A DNA stretch of 63,267 nucleotides, the filler included, from Rhabdomonas costata (taxonomy: Eukaryota), in NCBI GenBank assembly GCA_019059605.1. It is 15 parts of 15 records of this genome, joined end to end, with 100 filler letters (N's around TTAATTAATTAA, not from the genome) between each part and the next. Parts side by side here need not be neighbours in the genome. Positions count along the whole stretch, not along the records: positions 12,787 to 16,904 come from JAHMHO010000352.1; positions 17,005 to 21,174 come from JAHMHO010000353.1; positions 21,275 to 25,389 come from JAHMHO010000354.1; positions 25,490 to 29,603 come from JAHMHO010000355.1; 11 more parts are not named here. The stretch is one strand, 5' to 3'. Numbering within the stretch: the first letter of the stretch is position 1; the number at the start of each line of letters is the position of its first letter. The notes under the pieces were generated by a model that had not been told where the DNA came from, ran no database searches, and saw nothing but the letters and a program-made list of their open reading frames with translations. Positions 12,840 to 26,000 of the stretch are shown here, piece after piece. The position numbers and the translations under genes were made by a program.

Positions 12840-13600
12840 TTCGCTCATGGAAACTGAGGAGTAGTGACATTCGCAACAATGCAGACCGATCAGTTCCTCG
12901 CTTGTTTCTGGTCGGCGAGAACGAACGTTCTAACTTTGGAGTGGTCTGGGTGTCCAGTCGACCTCTTGTACCAACCCGTTTGCGAGGATCAGGATTCTGG
13001 CTACTTCTCCGACGTGGCAAGTGCCATCGCCAGCCATGTCGAAGGGAAATTCGTCGCTCAAATTATGTTCCCAAAGACGTCCTCCATGGAAACATATGGG
13101 TGATTCTGGAAAGAAAGTCGAAATTTTCACCATGCAGGACTTGCTCGAAGAGATGCTGCGGTGCGTCTCTGGAACAACACGGAAACCGTTCATTCTTCCT
13201 TCCTTTGAGGGCCAAGATAACCCTTCCGTTCGGAGGGTGCTAAACCCCTCTTCTGCTGGGAAAATTATCCTTGAAACGAACAAAGCTGAAACCTGTCACA
13301 CCATCCCCAACCTCACCACCGTGAACGACATCGGTTGTCGCAAGGTGAATCGGAATCAATCCGAAGAAAGTTACCACTCCTTCGACAGGACAGCAATTTC
13401 CCAGGACTCCGCAAGGCAACGGCTCGGCCAGGTGGGCAGAACCCACAGAAATTTGTGTCTAGGCTGGTCTGCCTCGGACATCCTTCTGAAAAATCCGGAG
13501 GAACCCGAGATCACGTGCGGCGAGGCCTCCTTCGCTGTCCTTCAAATGATAATTTTGGAAGACCGGTTCCGATACAAGTTACCGCTTCTCTGACATCTTC
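12840..13600 (+). pseudogene. Degenerate intronless DEAH-box (RHA family) RNA helicase fragment
   Basis: VVTFATMQTDQF (motif III), KIILETNKAETCHTIPNLTTVNDIG (motif V), AISQDSARQRLGQVGRT (motif VI) and PEIT...VLQM. A frameshift and non-conservative changes fall in the motifs. Confidence 0.75.
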
Positions 13601-15772
13601 CCAACGTCCAGAGAAGCTCTGCACGAGCTTTTGTATTCAGCATCGGCAACGTCTGAGATGTGGGGACTGTAACAGCTCACAGACGCCGACTCGATGGTCT
13701 ATGAACTCGACCACCACCAGGAAGCCGCCTGGGACTCATCCACTGTGCCCGTCTACGTCCTCACCAACGAGGAACCAGGCCCAACCCCGAAACTCGACCT
13801 GCTGGTGCATCCACCTCGGACTCAACCCGTCAGGCCCTCCCCCCTCGCGAGACGTGCGAGTGCGCGACCCTGCAGGAACCAGCTGCCCCAACAGACCCAC
13901 ACCAACGCGCACCGCCTCCTGTGTTCTGCGAGAGAACACCCATGACGACTCGCGCCTGAACCTGCGGTCAACACCCCGTGTTCCACAGAGGATTTCGCTT
14001 CACGCGGGCACCAACTCACGTCCCCATCAGCGAAACCCTCATACCCGGAGCTATGCCGAATCCGTGCGCCTTCTCCCATCGACACCAGCACAGCGCAATT
14101 ATCGTGGCGCCATCAGGCCACAAGAAAGTATTATCGTGGCCTTCGTTGAGTTGTTTGTTTCATTTACGTCTTCACTTTGAAATGGTACCTGTGTCTGAGG
14201 ACTTTCTTCAAGCATGAGAAAGAGCAGCTGGACAGATCTGATCCAATCCACTCGCTGAAAACATTCCCTTCCCTCAATGACTTCCCGCAACTGGAAAGGT
14301 CAGGCAAAGCGGCAGGAAATGGGATCAATACCACATGCTGTTTTCTTTCTGCGATGATCACCTTCCCTTCATTCATCATTGGACCTCTTTGCCCTGCAGA
14401 GATACCTTTTCATCATATGCACCGTTGCTCTTCACATTCAAATTCGAGTTTCCACCCAAAAGCTGTTCAAGGAGGTTTATACGGTGAGAGAAAAATGAGT
14501 GTTCGCATGGCCAAATTTTCAACGGCTGGTTCACTGGAAGTGTGCGAATTATTGATAGCGCAATGTTGCCGCACGGACAGAAACAGGCTGACATTTGTTG
14601 CTGCGAGGGTGCCGTGGCGGCCGCCAAGGGTAAGGGAAGAAGGAACAAAGTTGGCAACGTGAAGGTGAGCGACCGTCCAAGGTCAACGATTATTTTGACG
14701 ATCCCATGATTTTCGCCACCGAATTGATGGACCAGCTGCTTACGTCGATGCGGTCGGCAAAGCATATGAGATATAAATTCCCTCAATGCATTCTCTGAAT
14801 GTTTAGAGGTAAGACACCGCGAGTAAAACCGAAACTGCACTCCTTCAGACAGTTCAAAGTGCTCGGCGTGCCACTCCATTGTCTTCTGTCCGGGAGTAAA
14901 CACGGCCAGAGACACAAATAATTGACTCACCTCTATTATTCAATGTACTTGCTTACAGTTCTGCAGCACAAAAAATCACAGTAATCACTAAGCGCTGTTC
15001 TAAAAAACTGAAGAGCAGCTGTAATGAATGCAAATTGTAGAATGGGCCCGTATGCGGCAAAGTCAGGTTTCACGTCGTTTCCTGATGAAGGTACCCAACA
15101 GAAGGGGGGTGCATTTCCTCAATTGCTCTTGTCGATAAGATAAAATTAAGCACCTGTTAGTCAAATGAGACGGCATGCGTGCTCGCTGGGAGCCATCCCG
15201 TCAGATGCATCACGCTCACTTAACACATTTGCGCAGAAGTTCACGCGCATAGTTTTGTCAATTCGATCACCTAAATAAACCATCGAAGCTCTTGTACCAA
15301 AGGAACTGCGATGAGACGATACCGTCGTATGCATGCACGGGAAAATAAATCCTTGTCCCCCTTGACAACATCATGATGATGCATGTCCGAAGTTCTGAAG
15401 GAAAATTGTACAGAGCTGAAGGGCCTCGAGCCCAGCTGAAGAGCTGCCCAACTCTTGGGTCGTCCTCAAAAAGGTGCAGTTGCTTAAAGACTGGTTCGAA
15501 CGAACAAATGCCCCATTTTTGAGAATACAGCAAACAAACGGCAGCTGCTGATAACGGTCATATAGTTCGAGGGATCACTCGTTCCTTGGAAGAAACCGCG
15601 CCAGTTTTAAAACAATTAAAAAAGGAACTTCATTGCAGAAAAGCGGTCACCGTGAGGGTGACTCGAACTCCCGTTCCAGTGCAACACTCTACCCATAACT
15701 CTGAACCACATGGAACCATACACACCGTAAAAGCGCTAAGAGCAGAACGCTGAAAGGCACAGAGAATGGCAC

Positions 15773-16590
15773 CTCCTCGAGCCCCTGGAGGTCCTCCGCC
15801 AAGGTGCCGGTGCGCCGCCGGGCAGGTTTCCCTTCCGGGCCGGCCTCGGCCTCCTCCTTGTCTTCGCCCTGCTCTTCCTCTTCAGCATCCTGACCCTCCT
15901 CCTCCTCCTCCCAGCTGCCCGTCACAAAGAGGTCCCGGAAGCGCTCCCGAAGCTTTGCGTCATCCCTTGCAACCCCCCCGAGCCGAGACACACGAGCTTC
16001 AGTGTGGTTGCGCCTATGTTTACTTGACTAAGGATCTGGAAATGCTGATGATAAACTCTCTAGTAGCGCCCTCCCCCCGCTGGACCGGCCAAATGGCTGA
16101 TATCGCATCGGAAAAGAAGCAGAAAGGATTCACAAATTTCCGTCTTTTTAGACACCTTCCAGAAAAAGGGGTGGGGCTTCGAAAGTCTCGTCTCTGTCCT
16201 GTCCCTGAAATGCTGTCCGCTTCCGAGAGGGACAGCATTCGTTCAGGGTCGAAAGCCATCCATGGAGCAGGAAAGCTATTCAAACCAATTCAACGCCACT
16301 TCAAACTTACCTTCCTTATGTGAATACCAAACCTTGTCCTGAGACCCGATCACTTCGTTTTCGAGCGCGATATGACAGATCGCACGAGTACCAATCATGG
16401 TAACAGCGGTGGCGTCCTTCGTGTAATCCTCTTGGGTGGAAGACACAGCGCCGGCAGGTTTTGCACCGGTACCCTCGCCCTTCGGGTCCACATCCATTGC
16501 CGAGGCAGCCGCGGGTCGAAGCAGAGGGGCATCCTCATCCTCCTCGTCCTCGTCGTCCAGCTCAGCGTCGTCGCCTTCCGCATCCCCTTC
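15773..16590 (-). CDS. BMS1: BMS1 ribosome-biogenesis GTPase, two internal exons (16590-16328, 15965-15773)
   Basis: An acidic region is followed by the spliced junction ...QDKV(TG|G)DDAKLRERFRDLFVTGSWEEEE, matching the BMS1 W...IRD.FVTG.W motif. The intron is GT-AG and phase-consistent. Confidence 0.65.
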
Positions 16591-17004
16591 CTGAAAGAGC
16601 GTGAAAAAACTTCATCTTGGGGAACACTTGCAAAGACATAACCCCCTTATACTAAAGTAAATCATAGTCATTCAAGTGTGCTGGCGTGCTTTACATGACC
16701 GTTTTAAATTTAATCAAGCAATTCAATTAAGTCTTGGACCTGTTTTCTTTTCCCACTGATAACCGTAACCTGGTGGCTACCGTTACCACCCCCCCACCCC
16801 CAACTGAGTGATACGTATGTGGGAAGAAGGGAAAGGGACTTCAAGCAGGCGGCATGCGCGCCAACCCCGTACGAAGCAGTGGTATCAAAAATCCTCCCCA
16901 AAATNNNNNNNNNNNNNNNNNNNNNNNNNNNNNNNNNNNNNNNNNNNNTTAATTAATTAANNNNNNNNNNNNNNNNNNNNNNNNNNNNNNNNNNNNNNNN
17001 NNNN

Positions 17005-17950
17005 TGTGGTTTGGAGCAGGCCTGGCGACTGACTTGGTTGAAGGCGTTGCGAACATCCACCTTGCACAGCATAGTGGTCCGGAGGTCGTTGACCCATTCG
17101 CGCACCGTGTAGATCGCTGTCTGGGCTCCGTTAGACCCCGGCGTGAATCCCAACTGATTCTCGGGGAGAAATTCTGCAATTGCACCCTCGGCTTGATGAT
17201 GCACAAAGTGTGACACTAGCGAGTGCAGCGTCTCGAACGCAACAGCGTGCCGGATGCCATTATCCTACTTCCGCAGTGGTGCCAGACGGCCAGCTCCAAA
17301 CCATTGCGCGAGCTCTGCTGGCCAGTGACCGCTAGCGGCCGTTGCGATAAACTGAGCGACCAGGCTCACAAGCTCGTCCTGGTTGTTGCCCAGGGTGCTA
17401 TTGACTAGCTGGTGGAGGTGTTCTGCCCTGATCCTGATGCGGTGCCCGGGACAATTCGGTGTATCAGCTTTTCTGCGTCGTCCCTCGTGCCTTCGCAGCT
17501 GACGGGTGTAGGTAACTCAATTTGCTCGTTCCTTTTGGGGTAGAGGGCCTGGATCTTGTCCAGATTCCGGCGGACGTCGACCTTCCGTCGGGAGCAAAGC
17601 ACTCTGCATCCCCTACCCGGACGGCCTTGGTCCACCCATTGCGCTGCCTTCCTGGAAGCGGCGTCTTCCTGGGTAACTTCGGCCCGGGGCCGGTTGCCTT
17701 TCTTCCTCCATACCATCGGAGAAACCACTTGCGCAGGAGGCGGTCCAGGGCGTTTGCCTGGCATGCCCTACACGGACTGGGGCGGCGAGAAGCCGCTTGG
17801 AGTCGAGCAGGGACCAGTCTTTGGCGACCGGCTACTGATCGGGAGAGTTTCGCTGATTTGGGACCCTTGATGTCAACGGGCCTGCCGGGGGTGAGCATGG
17901 AGTGGATCATGGTGTCGGAAGTGGGTGCATTGGCCATGTCGACGGTTTTG
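17005..17950 (-). mobile_element. Decayed CRE/SLACS-clade non-LTR retrotransposon, pre-RT region and RT N-terminal part
   Basis: KAAQWVDQGRPGRGCRVL...IQALYPKR...GTASGSG, then FLPENQLGFTPGSNGAQTAIYTVREW...LCKVDVRNAFNQVSRQ (RT D-x-x-NAFN motif). Interrupted by stops and frameshifts and truncated at the contig end. Confidence 0.8.
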
Positions 17951-19010
17951 GGTTACGCGGCCAAAGGTTGGGGAAAGCTTTGAAAGAGAGGGGACCGAGT
18001 GTTGTAAGAGGCCGAAATCGGCTACATCTCCGACGGCCCCCCACGTGGAGGGGGGAGGGTTCACCGAAAAATTGATCACACTTAGTAATCACTTCACTCC
18101 AAACTCCCGCGCCAACTGAAACAATCTGAAAGTTTACAAAAATTAATTTTCAAAGCCAACTCCGTCCCCGACTTATTGTGCATTTACATTCGAATACCAG
18201 CGGCCAAATCCTGCTTTGCTGCCTTAAGCTTTCCAGCTTTTCCTGCCCAACGCAATTCCTTTTGTTTTGTTGATGTAGGACGCAGGACTTCCCNNNNNNN
18301 NNNNNNNNNNNNNNNNNNNNNNNNNNNNNNNNNNNNNNNNNNNNNNNNNNNNNNNNNNNNNNNNNNNNNNNNNNNNNNNNNNNNNNNNNNNNNNNNNNNN
18401 NNNNNNNNNNNNNNNNNNNNNNNNNNNNNNNNNNNNNNNNNNNNNNNNNNNNNNNNNNNNNNNNNNNNNNNNNNNNNNNNNNNNNNNNNNNNNNNNNNNN
18501 NNNNNNNNNNNNNNNNNNNNNNNNNNNNNNNNNNNNNNNNNNNNNNNNNNNNNNNNNNNNNNNNNNNNNNNNNNNNNNNNNNNNNNNNNNNNNNNNNNNN
18601 NNNNNNNNNNNNNNNNNNNNNNNNNNNNNNNNNNNNNNNNNNNNNNNNNNNNNNNNNNNNNNNNNNNNNNNNNNNNNNNNNNNNNNNNNNNNNNNNNNNN
18701 NNNNNNNNNNNNNNNNNNNNNNNNNNNNNNNNNNNNNNNNNNNNNNNNNNNNNNNNNNNNNNNNNNNNNNNNNNNNNNNNNNNNNNNNNNNNNNNNNNNN
18801 NNNNNNNNNNNNNNNNNNNNNNNNNNNNNNNNNNNNNNNNNNNNNNNNNNNNNNNNNNNNNNNNNNNNNNNNNNNNNNNNNNNNNNNNNNNNNNNNNNNN
18901 NNNNNNNNNNNNNNNNNNNNNNNNNNNNNNNNNNNNNNNNNNNNNNNNNNNNNNNNNNNNNNNNNNNNNNNNNNNNNNNNNNNNNNNNNNNNNNNNNNNN
19001 NNNNNNNNNN

Positions 19011-19088
19011 ACCAATACCAGGCCGCCCGTGCTTCACGGGCTTGTACGTGATGCTGAACTCGCCCAGATAGTGGCCAACCATCTCACC
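19011..19088 (-). CDS. RPS15: 40S ribosomal protein S15 (uS19), C-terminal exon running into an N gap
   Basis: TAG|GEMVGHYLGEFSITYKPVKHGRPGIG is the highly conserved eukaryotic RPS15 C-terminal signature. Confidence 0.9.
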
Positions 19089-21977
19089 CTATGGTTGGAA
19101 GGAGGTTGGAAGGACAGTGCCCTTGACAAAGTTACGAACCCAAAAAATATTAGGCGTTCATTGCTCAGGCGATTTGGATTCGCTGTCATAGTTGATAATT
19201 CCGGCACTCCGCTACGTTTCCACAGTTGGTTTCCTCTGACGTGCGGACGCCACTGGCGCGCACTCTGTGTGTCAGGAGAGGCACCTGCTTCTGTGCTATC
19301 GGCGGTGTCGGGAAAGGGCAGGAGGTTGACACTAATTGAAGTCAGCTAAATTGACAATAATTTGAATTAAACTTTACTGGATTTTTGGGTTGTGAAATTG
19401 CTGCAGGTGGTGGGTATTGCACTCCCATTTTGATACAGAGTAGATGGTAGAAAGAATTGAGGTGGGGTTTCACGGAAATTGTCCAGAAGAGGGAGAGTAG
19501 CCACTTTTGTTTTCGGGAAGCACTGTACTGGCGGAGACACCGGCGGACTCCAATGTCTGTAGAGTTTGCGACAGAAGCTGACTGTTAGAGCCTCCAACGG
19601 GGAAGGTTAACCAGTGACGCATTTTGTTAGAGTGGTGGGAAAGCTTGGTCAGATGCCAATCAAGCTTTACCTGCGAGTGATAAGGGCAGCAATCCCAGTG
19701 GTGCTTGGCTACACGTTTTAACGCCGTAGCGGGCACAGGTGGACTGGAAAAAGCGGATCGTGAGAGTTTGGAACGGCCGGATATACGAGATTCCCGCACT
19801 TTCGGCCGCAGATTCTTCCCGCAACAGGTGCCCAACGACAGGTATAATGGAGGCTGGCTTGGCGGACTTGAAAGAGTCGAGAGATGTTATGCTCGAGCAT
19901 TAGCAGCGCGTTCTTCTCGACTGCCCGCCCGACCTCCTTGCTGACCGTGTGTGGGATGAGGCCTCCGAGATGGACGTTTCTTCTGGTTCTTGCTCTTCGT
20001 CACTGTCCGCTCCCCGGGTGCGCCGCGGCGCGTGCTTGACATGCCCCCTCGAAGAACAGAACAGCCGTTGCATTGACTAAAAGACAAGCCCGTGTCGAGT
20101 TCTTGGAAACGTCCCAACGGGAAGGGAAGGACAACGGAACGAGGAGAAGCACACCCAGTGCGTTGTCGACCAAGTGCGAGTCGAGGGGCCACCATCGGAA
20201 AGTTCCAGTGATGCCATTCAGATTGGTAACACGAGACGAAAGACAGATCAAACTAAGGGTGGTCAAAGCGGGGGGGACACCGCTTCACCCCGAGCGGGTG
20301 CGGGTAGAGAGCGCGGCAGAGACAGCCATTCGCCGTGGAAACCACGGTTTATAATGGTAAACGAAACGGCGCGCCCACGATCAGCACGGGCATAAATAAA
20401 CGCACGCGGAATTCAGCGCGACAAATAGCAAGGGTTTTGGGGAAGGCGCTTCTGACGAGGTTGAAAAGCTCCCTCACAGCTCTTCGCTGGGACAACGCCC
20501 GCACTCCCACGGCCCAACTTTCCTCACGTTAACCAGACCTCTTCGTGTGAAAGGGTGTCCATCCACCACACTCCCACGTAAAAGCGCGCCATCATTAGAT
20601 TTTTTGAACAAGGCCAACACTCCAGAAACTGCCCTAAAAAAACCAGCCACAAAAAGGAATACATTGCAACTGACATCTTCTTCGATACAATCCCGCCCAA
20701 ATGTTACAAAAGCGCTAGCCTTTCTGCCGATCAAAACTTTACCAAAGCACTTAAATAGCAAACACTGAACAACAAACGATGAGGAGAAGGGACAAGGCGC
20801 CCAACAAGACAAAAACCCCGTCAACCCGATTTGCGCTTTCTCAACCCCGCTCCCCATTCCCTATAAACACTCCCGCAGAAGAGGGAGTGCTTGGCGGGGG
20901 CAAAATAGAAAGGGGGGGAGGCCGCAGGTCTCGCGCCAAGGCGCGGGCGGCGAGAAAAGGCCAAAGCCCACCACAGCAACGCACGGGGAGAACACACACA
21001 GAAGCCGGAAAGACGAAGCCCAGAAAAACAGGCACGCCAGGAGGGTGCAACAGCTTTTACAAGGGGGCGCCCGCCCGAAAACAATGCGCAAGGCGGCCGG
21101 GGGCAAAAACACAAACAGTGCAGAATATGCCGTTGGGGGCGTGTGGCACTGTTTCTGTTTTTGCCCCCCACACANNNNNNNNNNNNNNNNNNNNNNNNNN
21201 NNNNNNNNNNNNNNNNNNTTAATTAATTAANNNNNNNNNNNNNNNNNNNNNNNNNNNNNNNNNNNNNNNNNNNNGGGGGTGGGTGGATACAGGCGGTCTG
21301 AAGAGGAGCCCAAAGCCACGACCACCCGCAAGAGGGAGCGGATAGACCGCGTCACAAGGCTCATTGAATTTTATTCCTGGCATTTTGTTCTTAATGGGCA
21401 AGGGAAAGACAACGCAAACACACGAGAATGAAAATGCACGCATCGGGACAGGAGCAAGATCGCAGCGTATGTTTGCCCAACGTTGGTCAAACAATGCCCA
21501 ATCAAAAATGGCAAGATTAAGGATGGCGTTGGACATTGGGCCTTGGGCCACAGCCGTTGGGATGCGAGACGACACGCGTATGGAGCAGCAAATGTAGGGG
21601 GTCGATTTTGGTTCGAGCACGCAAGGATGTCAGAGCCCAACATGTTTTACCCCACATAATCACGGCACTATTAAATAATATGCCGGTTGTGGATGTGTGG
21701 GTATATTTATCAAAAAGACGTGCGATGAACGTCATTTCAGCACTGCAAAATGCAGGGCAGACAAATTCTTCAGTCGCCTCCATACGAATTAAGAGAATTA
21801 AGAGGAAGGTGCAATCACGTCAGGACATCACAAGGAGCAAGTATCCTGAGAAAGGATCCCTGATGTCCCCGGTAAGTGAGGGCACCAGCTTCTTTCTGCA
21901 CTAATTCGGACAGCAAGCAGCAAGCGAGTGTACGAAGTCAACAACCGTGACCACAAACAAAGTCAAGGGGACAAACG

Positions 21978-24705
21978 CTACAAAATGCTACCAGGAAACT
22001 TTGTTCCTGTTGTGTTGTGGAACACGACTTCCTCAAAGGGGAGCCTGAAGACACCCATCCCAAATGCAAGGATACACTTGTGCAAGGATACACTTCTTCA
22101 TGTGGCTACGACGTTTTCTTAGCGGGAAACTACTGCAAAAACCCACCGGCAGTTCATTGTATCGCGTCGCATCGCAAACAACGCTGAGCTTGGAGCTTTG
22201 ATTGCTCAGCAGCAATTAAATGTCGCAGAGTCTCCAGAACCAATACGGAGTCAGACTGGTAACATACTAACGTATATCACGTTACACCGTAAACTCAGAA
22301 CACGTGCTTTTTAGATTCAGTAGCATGAAAATATTCAAAATATATCGCATACATAGATACTAGCCTAGCGGCACTTCATAGCATTCCCATGACTTCAATT
22401 GGAAACTCGTATCAATTTCTGAGTTTCGGTATGTACGTACCCTAGGATTTCCTTAAAGACTTTTGCTTGTTGCCGTTGCTAAACCTCCGCTTTGCTTGAA
22501 ACGAGCGCAGCTTGCACAGTACCATCCACAGACCAGAGAATGGCAACCGAACCTTGGGCTGCGGGGAGGAGGGGAAGCCTCGTCCTCGGGGTGGGCGAAG
22601 CCCAAAGGAACAATCACGGGCACGGTGTAGTGGGAAGGAAGGGACAGAGCCTGCGTGTTGACAGCACAAGCCCTGCCTCAATGATAAATTCCGCTTAAGC
22701 AAGAAAACACCCACCAAACTCGTGGCCTTACCAACCGATATGCTTTTCATCAGACTGGGCGTCGTTGCAAGCCACGGGTAAGAAAAAAGAAGAGTTCAAC
22801 GAGGGGTGCGTTGTCGACCGACAGAGAGGGATCGGGGGCATACTGTCTTCACGGCTTCCTCATCAAAGCCTTCAATTGGGCAGCAGGCAAGCCCGGCTGC
22901 GTAGGCAGCCAAGAGAAAGACCTGAAAAATCCCGCACCCACCCAGGACCCCCCTGAGTGAGCGAAAGCAAAACATGCTTCCGGTGGCGCGGCAGTCGTTC
23001 TCGCGGAACAGTCGCAACACAGTGGGGGGCAAAATGGTATGAAACAACCGAGCTCCACACCATTGCAGGAGCCATGGTCTGCTTCCACGCGTACCCCTGC
23101 AGGCTGAGCGGGACGGACACCGAGGCCGCCGCAGATAGTCGGGCCACGCCGTGCTTCAGGTACTGTGAAGGGAGGTGCAAATTACAAAGAAGATGTCGCA
23201 CGGTAAATGGAGATGAGTTGCAAAGGCAGCTCGGCGGAACGGTGCCGTCGAAGAAACAGAGAGGAAAGTTTTAAATTGAACCTGAGATTTCTTCACGTTT
23301 CAAAAAGTGTTGTTTCGCGGGCTTTCTGTGAGATTCTTCAGAACCCATGCATTCACAATGGGCCGGCAATGACATTTGCAGTGGACACGAGCGCTGCGGC
23401 GCGCAACAATTGCCGCAGCGGCGCCATGATCGCTCCCCACCCCAGCAAAAGAAAGAAACAAGCAACGCGCACAGAAAGTGGCAGGACAGGACCTGGAACG
23501 CCCCACAGGGCCCGCCCTCCAGGAAGGCGGCAACCTTCTGGGGTAGCGCTTGGGCCTGCACGGGGGTGAGGTGGCCGGTGGTGAGGCCCTGCTGCAGCAC
23601 TCGGGACAGGTTCTCCTGGGGCCGTGTGTTCCCCGCAAACACCACCACCACAGGGGCAGCCTGCGAACAGATAGGGATGAAAGGGGGCAGTGGAAAAAGG
23701 TGATTAGCAGAAGGCACCAACCACTTGCAGGATTGAGTGGGAGGGGAATCGGTGGGTGAGTTATCGCCCATCTTGATGCACACAGATCTTCATAGTGATG
23801 GATCGAAGCTCACCAAGGGTCCTCGGTGTATGAAGGCAGGAAGGAGCAGAGGACGAGGGGAGGACACCCTGACGTGCGGCTGGTTCACTGCAGCGGTCCA
23901 CAGCTTATCCCGCTGCTTAGGGTCATCAACAACAACTGCTACCCAGCCCTGCAGGTTGAAGCCCCTGTGAGGCAGAGAGACAAAGAGCGAGAGAATGCAA
24001 GAGAGAGAGAGACTGCTCAAGAACCTATCATGAGATACAGCGACACCCTGAGACGTGCGGAGGGTACGGGATGGAACCGGGGGAGAGCCAAATGTCACCA
24101 ATGTCAGCCATAGGTACGCCAATAATGGACGCCAATAATAACAGGACTGTTAAATGCAAGGTGCAATGTACGTCGTAAAACGCCCCCACCGCTCTCCTCA
24201 CGCATTCGCATTCGCACTGGAGAGAGACGTTGGAGCGCGCTGCGCGGCCACAAGCAGGCGCTGGACCAGCTCCAGGGGAACAGGCGTGTCAGCAAATCTC
24301 CGCGCCGCCCTCCTCCGCCCCACAATTTCCTGAAAGTTGCAGCAAGAATTGCACCCAGCAGGGAAGGGGTGCTGTTTGGAGACCTCTGGTGGGTGCCAGT
24401 TGGAGAAAATGAAAAATATGACTGTCCACGGGCACAGGATCAGAAATCTAAACCCAGTGATGAAAAAGATCGCCAAGAAAGTGACGTTTCGGTCGTTAGC
24501 AAAAAAAATGCAAGCTGTTCCAACCATAGATCATCTTCCCTTCGCAGGCACAACCAGGCAATCACAATGCGGACAAAATGCTGGATCGTGAGGTGAGAAG
24601 CACCTCGAAGACTTCCAGTGCGGGCTGCCCCGCCGTGGAAAAACCGCGGCGGTGGGTGGCTCGAACCACATCCCAGGCCCGGAGGGGCCAAAGGGTAACA
24701 GCCAT
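21978..24705 (-). CDS. NTR1: Complete type I nitroreductase (about 270 aa) with a putative mitochondrial presequence; exons 24705-24604, 24329-24229, 23964-23868, 23660-23493, 23162-23061, 22921-22844, 22650-22553, 22044-21978
   Basis: Seven GT-AG introns give an uninterrupted frame: MAVTLWPLRAWDVVRATHRRGFST...RRRAARRF...RAPTGFNLQGWVAVVV...APVVVVFAGN...GGPC...SVPLSLQGYAWKQTMAPAMVFLLAAYAAGLACCPIEGFDE...TVPVIVPLGF...RSPRLPFEEVVFHN. The motifs match trypanosomatid NTR1 as recalled. Confidence 0.9.
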
Positions 24706-26000
24706 TTCTCACCCGATGCTCAAACCCGCACACAGGAGGGCAGTAGGAGAACAATAATGGCTTGATACCAAATTCACTCTCTTGACAGTGTTGTTAGTTC
24801 TGCATTCTGCATTACCAAAATGACTCAATTTTCTTCATGGGCACCCCCCCCCCAATGTGCTCCCTTCCGTTGATTTCATTCACCGAGACCAAGGGGTACA
24901 TCGACAATACCGTTTAACAAACGCCATGGTGGCGAACAAAACAAAAACAACTTGTATTCCTGTGGTTGAGGTCCAAACCAACACCTTAACTCCGGATCGA
25001 CGACAGGTAGCCGCGCGAGGAGAGTTCTGCGGTCGAGATCCTCAGTGCCTAATGCCGATCCGTGTTTTGTGGCACCACGGGTTGTCCTCGAGGACTTTTG
25101 TTCGTAATTCCAAAAAAAAAACCACAGCGCCAACCAGCGAGCATGAAACCCTTACGACAACTTACGAAAATCTCCTCCAAAGAAAGCAGTAGAAGTTTGA
25201 AAGCACCACCACCAAAAGCAGCAACTCGTCCAATGCTCATGCCACAGCGGGCTTGGGGTCTTTTGAATATATGCCACCACACACGACACCCGTAACCCGT
25301 CAGACCAACAACAAAGGATGAAGGCCGACCCAAGAAAACACACGCAAAAACCCTTCAGCCCGAAACACACGCCACACTCCACCACACCCNNNNNNNNNNN
25401 NNNNNNNNNNNNNNNNNNNNNNNNNNNNNNNNNTTAATTAATTAANNNNNNNNNNNNNNNNNNNNNNNNNNNNNNNNNNNNNNNNNNNNTTTTGTGACCA
25501 GCTGCTGCAGGAAGCTGAGCTTTTCGAAGAGCAAGCGGAAGCTCTCAGTAAACGTTCTTCTGGATTGCTTTTCTTCGTTAGGAGCAAATTTCTCGCTGGA
25601 ATTTACTTCACAAACAGGACAGAATTATTTTTGGGGCGGAGGTCAGCCGCAGCCAAGCGGCGGGCCGCAGAAGCCAGCTGAGGCGGGGACGTTGCCTGGG
25701 GGAAGATTTCAACAATACTTGGCGACTCACCTTGGCACTTGACGGTGGTTTAGGTTCGTCCCCCCAAAAAAAACCACCGGACCCCATGAAAAAAAATTGA
25801 TGACCGACATCACAGATGTCTCAACAGCCGGCACATCATAAAAACCTGTTGCTGAGCTGAGCCCCCCAAGTTCGACGCCTTACAGCGAGCGGTCTTCCAG
25901 TGTGTGTGCAAACGCCTCCTGAAGCGTGTGCGATCCCTCCTGATGGGAGGGTTGCAGTGCGTGTGTCCGTCGTGGAGAGGAGCCTAGGGTAGCCGCGTAC

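Noticed and set aside
17950-18293. Spliced-leader RNA gene flanking the CRE element
   Set aside because: No sequence matching a euglenozoan SL exon that I can recognise; a divergent SL cannot be excluded.
18150-19082. Long ORFs of 263-310 aa in the ORF track
   Set aside because: They are produced by the N gap; only 19011-19088 (RPS15) is real coding sequence.
19700-20560. Possible gag-like relic or upstream RPS15 exon (VYNGK at about 20345)
   Set aside because: VYNGK is on the wrong strand for RPS15 and lacks flanking similarity, and no convincing zinc knuckle is present.
24758-24772. TGGTATCA (minus strand), resembling an LTR-retrotransposon primer-binding site; also at about 16880 on the plus strand
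   Set aside because: The match is only 8 nt, with no LTR or gag-pol nearby.
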